Assembly (NCBI GenBank): GCA_030038755.1
Contig: JASHSK010000221.1
Span: forward strand, 1,104-65,103
Source of the DNA: Gammaproteobacteria bacterium
GTDB taxonomy: Bacteria > Pseudomonadota > Gammaproteobacteria > Steroidobacterales > Steroidobacteraceae
Length of the DNA: 64,000 nt
Direction of reading: 5' to 3'
The notes below the pieces were generated by a model that did no database searches, was not told the origin of the DNA, and was given only the letters and a program-made list of their open reading frames with translations. This document shows, piece after piece, positions 13,369 to 20,906 of this stretch. Both the position numbers and the translations under genes were made by a program. Each line of letters starts with the position of its first letter. Within the stretch, counting starts at the first letter, position 1.

Positions 13369-13384
13369 GCACGGGGAGCTTCGC

Positions 13385-15949
13385 ATGATCTCAAAATCCT
13401 GGAATTTCCCAAGATCCGGTGCTGACTTGCGTGCACTCGCGCCGATCGGCGACAGACTCGTGATCGACGGCGGGCGAGCGGTGTTGCGGTCACGCCGCGC
13501 CAGCGTCGCGGCGACGCTACTGATGGGACTGCTGGCGGCCGGACTTCCCGCAGGCGCCTGGGCCCAGAGCGGGCAGGGCGCCCAGAGTGCCCAGAGCGCC
13601 CAGAGCCCCCAAAGCGCCCAAAGCCCCCAAAGTGCCCAGACTGCCCAGAGTCCGCCGCCGAGCTCGACGCTGGTCGCCCAGGCGGGCGCGGGAACTCAGA
13701 CGGAGGCGGGGGACCAGGCGCAGACGACGGACCAGGGGACGGGATTGCAGGAGGTCGTCGTCACAGCCACGCGGCGCAGCGAGCAGGAGCAGAACGTGCC
13801 GATGAGCATCTCGGTGATCACTCCCCAGCAGATGCAACAAAATGAAATCAAGACTTTCGACGACTTTGCGGTGGAAGTCCCGAATCTGAGCTTCAATTAC
13901 AGCCAGGGCGGCAGCGTCAACGACCGCGGCGTGGCGATCCGCGGCATCGAGGGTCCCAATACCACCGCGTTCTACCTCGATGACCTGCCGATGGATCTGT
14001 CGCTCGACCCGCGCGTGGTTGACCTGGACCACATCGAGGTGTTGGAGGGCCCGCAGGGCACGCTCTATGGCGCACGCTCCATGGGCGGCACCATCCGCGA
14101 GATCACCACGGCCCCGGACCTGACCAAGTTCTCCGGTGTCGCCGATGCCCAAGGTATGAAGGCTGACGGCGGCAACGTCGGTTACGAGACCTACCTCACG
14201 TTGAACATTCCGATCGTCACGGACAGCCTGGCGGTGCGGTTGACGCCCTACCGCGGAGAAGATCCGGGCTGGATCACCCGCGAATGGCCCGTGCCCGGCT
14301 ATGCGGCGGGCGTGGCCAGTGACCTCGAGCCTAAATGGTGGAACACCACCACGTATGAGTGCAATTGCACGCCCGGCGAGCAGCAGGATACGGCCGAGCA
14401 GCAATACGAAGGGCTGAACCTGCAAGCACTCTGGAAGCCGAGCGCCAACCTCGCCATCCGGCCGAAGTTCCTCTACCAGAAGCTGGACTCCAACGGTCTG
14501 CCGCTCGGCAATTACAGTGCGAACAATACGACCAACTACATGCACTTCGATATCCCCGAGGGTATCTGGGACCGCTGGATGTTCTATGGCGGCACCATCG
14601 ATTACACGACCCCCATTGGCACCATCACCTCGGCGACCTCGGGGCTCGACCGGCACAACCGCGACACCGAGGACGCCTCCGAGTTCACCTCCTCCAGCTA
14701 CACCACGCCACTGCTGGCCTCGCCGATCGACGTGATCGGCAACGAGCAGGACATCACCGAGGAGATACGCTTCGCCTCCTCATGGAAAGGTCCGCTGCAG
14801 GCCACCGCCGGTTACTACTACGAGAGGAGCGAGCAATGGTCGGCCTTCAATCAATATATTGCCGGCTTCGCCGACGCACCCACCCTCTTCGGCATTAGCT
14901 ACGGCACCAACAACACGGCAGAGTTGTGGAGCCCGACCAATACCTGGGAGAAGGCATACTACGGACAGCTCATCTACCACATCACTCCGAAGTGGTCCGT
15001 CACCTGGGGCGAGCGCTACTCGTGGGATATCTATGAAACGAGCGGCAAATTGTGGGGAGCGATCGCGTACCCCACCATAAGCTACGCTGATTCCACCTAC
15101 AACCTCGCCTCTACCGAAAACGATCACATCCTCACCCCACGGTACGTGCTGCAGTATCAGCCAGACCCGAACCTGAACCTGTATGCCGATGCGGCGAAGG
15201 GCTTCCGTCCGGGCGGCGGGCAGGTGCCGCCGGGACTGAATCTGTGCGCGGCGGATTACGCGGCCGATCACCTCACGCCTTCAGAGCTGTCGCACTTCGG
15301 GCCGGACTAGGTTTGGGAGTATGAGATCGGCGAGAAGGCGTTCCTGGACGACCGGCGCGTTTCGATCGACAGCTCGGTTTTCTATATCAACTGGACCGAC
15401 ATTCAGGAGTACCTCATTTTCGTTTGTGGTGAGGGCGGGACGATCAACTCCGGCAAGGCGGTGAGCAAGGGCGCGGAGGTCGACTTTTCAGCGATCCCGT
15501 TCCACGGTATGAATCTCAATGGCGGTATCGGCTATGACTACGCGCGCATCACCGAGCCGGGAGCGCTGCTTGCCTATCCCCCGCCGGGCTCGCCGATCCA
15601 GCAGGTCGCACCGCTGACGGCCAATGCGGCCGCCGACTATACGCATCCACTGACGCCCAGCATGAGCTGGGATGCTCACCTGGACTGGAGCTACACCGCA
15701 CATCGCTATTCCGCGGCCAACACCATCTACCCGGTGCTCCCGCGAGTGGTGCCGGCGTACTTCCTGATCAACAGCAAGTTCAGCATCCTGAGAGGTCCGG
15801 GCGAGTATTCCGTGTACGTCAGGAACATGGGCGGCATACATCCCAATCTCAGCGATGAGCTGTCAAACGCTGCGGAGGATCCCGGGCGACCGCGCTGGAC
15901 CGAGGGACCTCCCGCGGAGTACGGCATCGAGGCGCACTACACCTTTTGA
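13385..15949 (+). pseudogene. TonB-dependent receptor (paralogue of 8831-11566, no STN domain) interrupted by one in-frame TAG at 15308-15310
   Basis: The two track ORFs (13385-15310 and 15461-15949) are in the same frame, with no other stop between them. The TAG replaces the Trp of GPDWVW in the paralogue (GPD*VWEYEIGEK). Plug and barrel motifs and the terminal ..AHYTF are intact. The true start may be the GTG at 13481. Confidence 0.8.
13581..13652 (+). repeat. 9-bp in-frame tandem repeat x8 (cccagagyg / cccaaagyg) encoding (S/P)AQ repeats in receptor N-terminal linker
   Basis: Read directly. It translates to the eight-unit run AQSAQSAQSPQSAQSPQSAQTAQS just after the predicted signal peptide. 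Confidence 0.9.
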
Positions 15950-15959
15950 AGCCGCGTTC

Positions 15960-15999
15960 AACCCCACCGCCGCGGCGGCATGACTGCGGCGGTGGGGTT
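15960..15999 (+). terminator. perfect 14-bp stem hairpin after the interrupted receptor (terminator/attenuator candidate)
   Basis: aaccccaccgccgc - 12-nt loop - gcggcggtggggtt, starting 11 nt after the TGA at 15947-15949. Confidence 0.5.
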
Positions 16000-16034
16000 C
16001 GCATGGCCTCCGTCCCCGGTCCTGATAACCTAGT

Positions 16035-16865
16035 GTGATGATGAGGCCGAACGCACTGAGTCGCACCCTGGCGCTCGCGCTGCCGCTGCTGTGCGCGGCC
16101 CCCTATGCGCAGGCGCAGCGCTCGCGCCCGGCGTCTGCGCCGGCAGCAGCGAATCGCGGCGCCACGCAGCCTGCACCCACGGCCCGTGCGCAGGCGCCAT
16201 TCGATCCGACTGGCTACTGGGTATCGCTGGTCACGGAGAACTGGCGCTACCGCATGGTGCTGCCGCAGCGGGGCGACTACGCCGGCATTCCCATCAATCC
16301 CAAGGGCAAGCAGTTCGCCGACACCTGGCAGGCAGCCGCCGACATCGCGGCCGGCAGGCAATGCGAGGCTTACGGCGCCGCCAATCTGATGCAGATACCC
16401 GAGCGGCTGCACATCGGCTGGCAGGATGATCAGACCCTGCGCGTGGATAGCGATGCCGGGATGCAGACGCGACTGCTGCACTTCGGGTCTGCACCTTCCG
16501 GCGACGCGGCCAGTCCTGCCAGCCTGCAGGGCTATTCGCAGGCGCGATGGCAGCTGTTCGCGCTGGTGAACACATTCGGTGCCCCTGCGGGTGGGGCGGG
16601 TGCCAGGCGCTATGGATCGCTCATCGTGAGCACCGATCACCTGCTGCCGGGACTGTTGCGCAAGAACGGCGTGCCCTATGGCGCGCGGACGAGGGTGATC
16701 GAGTACTGGCAGCTCAACACGGTGGTCCACGATCGATGGCTGATGATCAGTACCGAGGTGCGCGATCGCGAATACCTCGATGGGCCATACGTTTACGACT
16801 CGATCTTCCAGCCGGAGCCCGACGGTTCCAGGTGGAGTCCGAGTGCCTGCTCACTGAGCTCATGA
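16035..16865 (+). CDS. secreted protein of unknown function, family A (copy 1)
   Basis: Signal peptide LALALPLLCAAPYAQA and a Pro/Ala linker. Conserved blocks are shared with 19006-19857 (PFDPTGYWVSL.T.NW.YRMV, QCEAYGAA, PERLHI.WQDD.TLRV, LPGLLRKNGVPYGA, PYVYDSIFQ.EPDGSRW.PS.CSL). No family recognised. Confidence 0.7.
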   Translation: MMMRPNALSRTLALALPLLCAAPYAQAQRSRPASAPAAANRGATQPAPTARAQAPFDPTGYWVSLVTENWRYRMVLPQRGDYAGIPINPKGKQFADTWQAAADIAAGRQCEAYGAANLMQIPERLHIGWQDDQTLRVDSDAGMQTRLLHFGSAPSGDAASPASLQGYSQARWQLFALVNTFGAPAGGAGARRYGSLIVSTDHLLPGLLRKNGVPYGARTRVIEYWQLNTVVHDRWLMISTEVRDREYLDGPYVYDSIFQPEPDGSRWSPSACSLSS

Positions 16866-17842
16866 GCCGGTCGATGCCATCGGGAAGCCTGCGGAGCGTC
16901 CTGACGAGAGGCGGCTCGCTCATGGTTGCGGCGATGAGCCTGGCGATGCTCCTGTATGCCGCTGCTGCGCCGGCGCAGGTGGATCTGTCGGGAAACTGGG
17001 TCGCGGAGAGCATGGAAGACCCGGTGGAGCACACCGATGGCGGCTTTCCGGACATGTTTGCCGGGCTGCCGGTCAACGATAACGGCCGCCAGGCCGGCCT
17101 GACCGCTCCCGGAGACGAGATGCAGGAGCTCAACCGCGAGTGTCAGCCCTGGTCTGCGCACTACCTGCTGATCGGCCCATGGGGCGGGCGCTTCGCCGCC
17201 GTCCGCGATACCGAGGGGCACATCACCGCCTGGACCCTGAGTTCCCCTGCCTACGATCGGTTGCCGATGACGATCTGGATGGACGGGCGCAGCGCTCCCC
17301 CGCCGCTGGCGCGGCACACCTGGGAGGGCTTTTCGACCGGCCGCTGGGAGGGGGCCACGCTGGTGGTCAGTACTTCGCTGCTGAAGGACGGCTATCTGGA
17401 GGATAACGGGCTGCCGTCGAGCAACCAGGAGACCGATAGCTACTTTCTCACGCGCTACGGCGATGAGTTGACGATCATGGCCGTCATCCGCGATCCGGTA
17501 TACCTGGAGGCGCCCCTGGTACTGGGTCGAACGCTCAAGCTGCTCCCGGCCGGCAGTGTGCTGGAAGACCCGATCCTGTACTGCATGCCGGCGGAGACGA
17601 TCGCCGGTTTCTCGGATGGCTACCACAGCGCGATCGAGCTGCCGCCCAAGGAGGCGCAGCAGCAGGCCTATCTGAGCGGGCTTTACCATCTGCCGCTGAT
17701 CGCGACGCACGGCGGAGCGCAGACCATGTATCCGGAGTTCCAAAGGAAACTCACGGGCTATATGCCGCCGTCGAAATACTGCTCGCTATATTGCGGTGAG
17801 GCGGAGACCTTGCCGAGCGCGCAGAATATCCAGAGCCGCTAG
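16862..17842 (+). CDS. secreted protein of unknown function, family B (copy 1)
   Basis: The ATG at 16862 overlaps the upstream stop (ATGA). Signal peptide ..AMLLYAAAAPAQV. Blocks are shared with 19912-20859 and 20907-21848 (AQVDLSGNW, DMFAG.PVN..GRQAG, C.PW..HY.L.GPWGGRFAAV, W.G.STG.WEG.TLVVSTS.LKD.YLE.NGLP.SNQETD, DPVYLEAP, DPILYCMPAE, YCSLYC). The track ORF start at 16547 is an upstream out-of-gene extension. Confidence 0.7.
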   Translation: MSRSMPSGSLRSVLTRGGSLMVAAMSLAMLLYAAAAPAQVDLSGNWVAESMEDPVEHTDGGFPDMFAGLPVNDNGRQAGLTAPGDEMQELNRECQPWSAHYLLIGPWGGRFAAVRDTEGHITAWTLSSPAYDRLPMTIWMDGRSAPPPLARHTWEGFSTGRWEGATLVVSTSLLKDGYLEDNGLPSSNQETDSYFLTRYGDELTIMAVIRDPVYLEAPLVLGRTLKLLPAGSVLEDPILYCMPAETIAGFSDGYHSAIELPPKEAQQQAYLSGLYHLPLIATHGGAQTMYPEFQRKLTGYMPPSKYCSLYCGEAETLPSAQNIQSR

Positions 17843-17911
17843 AACGCGTAGTATCCACGAGGACTGCGCATTTCGGTGCTTCGTGCGTATTGTGAGTGGG
17901 GGAGACAAGCC

Positions 17912-19009
17912 ATGAGTCAACGGGAGCACGTGCGGTCGTGGGTGCCGCTGCTGGCGGTGGGGATCACCGCGGCCTTGAGCGCGGGGGCGGGCACGGCGCT
18001 GGCCGCGCAGGATGACGCATCCCCCCCACCGCAGGCGAATACCGCCGGCGCCGTCAGCGTCGTGCCTCTCAGAGACGGGCTCTACATGCTGGCGGTGGAC
18101 GGCGTCAACGTCGTCCTCGAGACCGGAACATTTGGCTCGATCCTGGTCGACACGGGCCCGGCATCGGGCTCGCAGGCGCTGCTGGATCAGGTCAGGCAGC
18201 TGACGGACAAGCCGATTCGCTTCATCATCGATACGAGCGCGGATCCGGAGCTGATCGGGGGCAACGCCGCCGTCGCGGGGGCGGGGCAGAGTCTGGCGAC
18301 GACGGACACCTTTGACGCCATCGAAGTCAATGGCAACACCAGCAAGGTTGACCTGCCCGGTCAGGGGAACTCGGCGACCGTCATTGCGCGACAGAACGTA
18401 CTGACCCAGATGCTCAGTCAGCCCGGGGCGAATTACGGAAGCGCCGCGCTGCCGAGCGATACATTTTCGCGTCACCAGTTCAACTTCTTCATGAACGGCA
18501 CTCCCATCGCGGTGGTCGAGCTGCCCGGTGGACACAGCGGTAGCGACGCGGCGGTGCGCTTCGATCGGCCCGACGTCGTGGTGGCCGGCGCGGTGTTCGA
18601 TCAGACGCGATTCCCGGTGATCGATCTTGCCAACGGCGGCAGCATCCAGGGCGAGATCGACGCGCTGGACCAGATCGCCAACACGCTGGCCTATGCGCAT
18701 GTGCCTGTTCTGGAGGACAGCGGAGCCACGCTGATCATTCCGGTGCGCGGGCCGGTGAGTGATGAGGACGATCTGGTGACCTATCGCGATATGGTGGGTA
18801 CGGTGCGCGATCGCATCGAGTACTACATCGAGCAGGGCAGGACGCTGCAGCAGATCCACGCGGCCAATCCCGCCCGCGGCTACATCTCGCGTTACGGCAG
18901 CGACAGCGGCAGCTGGACGACCAACGACTTCGTCGATGCCGTCTACCGGAGTCTGATGGCCGATCGCAAGGCGCACCGCGGCGGGCGGCCGGCGCAGCAG
19001 CAGGAATGA
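17912..19009 (+). CDS. secreted MBL-fold (metallo-beta-lactamase superfamily)-like protein with degenerate metal-binding motifs
   Basis: Signal peptide WVPLLAVGITAALSAGAGTALAA. The layout is typical of periplasmic MBL-fold hydrolases (LYML..GVNVVLETG..SILVDTG...KPIRFII-DTSADPEL-IGGN...LPGGHSGSDA..VVAGAVF...IPVRGP). However the HxHxDH position reads SADPEL and later ligand positions are also substituted. Confidence 0.6.
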   Translation: MSQREHVRSWVPLLAVGITAALSAGAGTALAAQDDASPPPQANTAGAVSVVPLRDGLYMLAVDGVNVVLETGTFGSILVDTGPASGSQALLDQVRQLTDKPIRFIIDTSADPELIGGNAAVAGAGQSLATTDTFDAIEVNGNTSKVDLPGQGNSATVIARQNVLTQMLSQPGANYGSAALPSDTFSRHQFNFFMNGTPIAVVELPGGHSGSDAAVRFDRPDVVVAGAVFDQTRFPVIDLANGGSIQGEIDALDQIANTLAYAHVPVLEDSGATLIIPVRGPVSDEDDLVTYRDMVGTVRDRIEYYIEQGRTLQQIHAANPARGYISRYGSDSGSWTTNDFVDAVYRSLMADRKAHRGGRPAQQQE

Positions 19010-19857
19010 TGGCGATGGATACGCGACGTGAAGGTCAGTGGCGGCGGTGCGCCGCTCGCCGTGGCGGCAGGGCGCTCGTGTGCGGTCTGTCGGCCGCGCT
19101 GCTGGCGGTGTGCCAGGCTCCCGGCGTGCAGGCTCAGCAGCCGCGCGCTGCGACCAAGCCGCCGCCGACCGCGCGGGAGCAGGCGCCGTTCGATCCGACC
19201 GGATACTGGGTGTCGCTGATCACGCAAAACTGGCAGTACCGCATGGTCGTGCCGGGACCGGGCGAGTACGCCGACATCCCGATGAATCCGCAGGCGAGGA
19301 AGGCCGCCGACGCGTGGCGCGCGGCTGCCGCCACGGCGGCCGATCAGCAATGCGAGGCGTATGGTGCCGCCGTGATCATGCGCAACCCGGAGCGCCTGCA
19401 TATCAGCTGGCAGGACGATGAGACGCTGCGGGTGCAGATCGATGAAGGTATGCAGACGCGGTTGCTGCACTTCAAGCCGGCGTCGTCGGCAACGCCGCAG
19501 GCGCCGAGCCTGCAGGGCTATTCGACGGCGCACTGGATCGTCGATTCGACCGTCAACACCTTCGGAGCCCCCGTGCGGACGGACACGGGACAGCAGCACT
19601 ATGGGTCGCTGCGTGTGGACACGAACGACATGTTGCCCGGTCTGCTGCGCAAGAACGGCGTGCCCTATGGCGCCGACACGCAAATGAGCGAGTACTGGGA
19701 TCTGCGTGCGCTGTCATCCACGCAGCAATGGATCACGGTCAGCACCAAGGTGGAGGATCCGCAGTATCTGTTCCAGCCGTACGTATACGACTCGATCTTT
19801 CAGAAGGAGCCCGACGGCTCCAGGTGGGATCCGAGTCCCTGTTCTCTGACCTCGTGA
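19006..19857 (+). CDS. secreted protein of unknown function, family A (copy 2)
   Basis: The ATG overlaps the MBL-like stop (ATGA). Signal-like LVCGLSAALLAVCQAPGVQA. Same conserved blocks as 16035-16865. Confidence 0.7.
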   Translation: MMAMDTRREGQWRRCAARRGGRALVCGLSAALLAVCQAPGVQAQQPRAATKPPPTAREQAPFDPTGYWVSLITQNWQYRMVVPGPGEYADIPMNPQARKAADAWRAAAATAADQQCEAYGAAVIMRNPERLHISWQDDETLRVQIDEGMQTRLLHFKPASSATPQAPSLQGYSTAHWIVDSTVNTFGAPVRTDTGQQHYGSLRVDTNDMLPGLLRKNGVPYGADTQMSEYWDLRALSSTQQWITVSTKVEDPQYLFQPYVYDSIFQKEPDGSRWDPSPCSLTS

Positions 19858-19911
19858 GACCGCGGAGATCGACGCAGTACCCATGCAACCCGGAAGTCCG
19901 CGGAGCCGCCG

Positions 19912-20859
19912 ATGAAAATTTCCCCATGTGCGCTTGCGACACTGGCCGGGGCGGGGCTGATGTACGCCGCCACAGCCCCTGCGCAGGTCGATCTGTCGGG
20001 TCAGTGGATATTGGAGAGCACGCAGGATGCGGTCAAATACGATGAGGGCCCGCTGACCGATATGTTTGCCGGCATTCCGGTGAACGAAGCGGGTCGTCAG
20101 GCCGGCATCACCTATCCCGGCGACGAGCAGCAGGAGCTCAACCGCCAGTGCCAGCCCTGGCCGACGCATTATTTTCTGATGGGACCCTGGGGCGGCCGGT
20201 TTGCCGCCGTCCATGATGCGGACGGGCGGCTGGTGGCCTGGACCGTCAGCTCTCCCGCCTACGACCGGCTGGCGATTACGATCTGGATGAACGGCCATGC
20301 GCCTCCGCCACCGTTGGCGCTGCACACCTTTGGCGGCTTCAACACCGGCAAATGGGAGGGTTCGACCCTGGTCGTGTCCACTTCGATGCTGAAGGATGCC
20401 TACCTGGAGCGCAACGGCCTGCCCAACAGCAACCAGGAGACCGACACCTTCTTCTTCACGCGCCATGGGGATGAGATGACGTTGATGGCCGTCATCGACG
20501 ATCCGGTGTATCTGGAAGCTCCCTGGGTCCTCGCGCGCACCCTCAAACTGCTTTCGGACGGCAGTCAGCTCAGTGATCCCATCCTGTACTGCATGCCGGC
20601 GGAAGTTCTCGCGGGGTTTACCGACGGTTACCACAGCGCCATCGAGTTGCCGCCGCGCGAGGCGCAGCAGCTGGCCTTCATGAAGAACCGCTACGATCTG
20701 CCGCTCGAGGCGACGCTCGGCGGGGCGCAGACCATGTACCCCGAGTTTGCGAAGAAACTGGACAAGGTATACAAGCCCCCCACCAAGTACTGCTCACTGT
20801 ACTGCACCGTCCAGGGTCATCTGCTGCCGACCGGGCCGGTCCATATACAGAGCCGGTAG
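19912..20859 (+). CDS. secreted protein of unknown function, family B (copy 2)
   Basis: Signal peptide MKISPCALATLAGAGLMYAATAPAQV. Family B blocks present. Near-identical over long runs to the next gene. Confidence 0.7.
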   Translation: MKISPCALATLAGAGLMYAATAPAQVDLSGQWILESTQDAVKYDEGPLTDMFAGIPVNEAGRQAGITYPGDEQQELNRQCQPWPTHYFLMGPWGGRFAAVHDADGRLVAWTVSSPAYDRLAITIWMNGHAPPPPLALHTFGGFNTGKWEGSTLVVSTSMLKDAYLERNGLPNSNQETDTFFFTRHGDEMTLMAVIDDPVYLEAPWVLARTLKLLSDGSQLSDPILYCMPAEVLAGFTDGYHSAIELPPREAQQLAFMKNRYDLPLEATLGGAQTMYPEFAKKLDKVYKPPTKYCSLYCTVQGHLLPTGPVHIQSR

Positions 20860-20906
20860 GCTCGCCGCCGTGAGAACGGCGGCGTTGGAATCTGCGGGGG
20901 TTGCCG

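Noticed and set aside
13154-13384. Fur box controlling the FecI-like sigma gene.
   Set aside because: No 19-bp AT-rich GATAATGATAATCATTATC-like sequence is present. The only structured elements are the GC-containing tandem repeats reported above.
15308-15310. Programmed recoding (pyrrolysine or read-through) of the TAG in the TonB receptor.
   Set aside because: The TAG replaces a conserved Trp by a single transition. There is no Pyl machinery or recoding signal visible in the window. A nonsense mutation or sequencing error is far more parsimonious.
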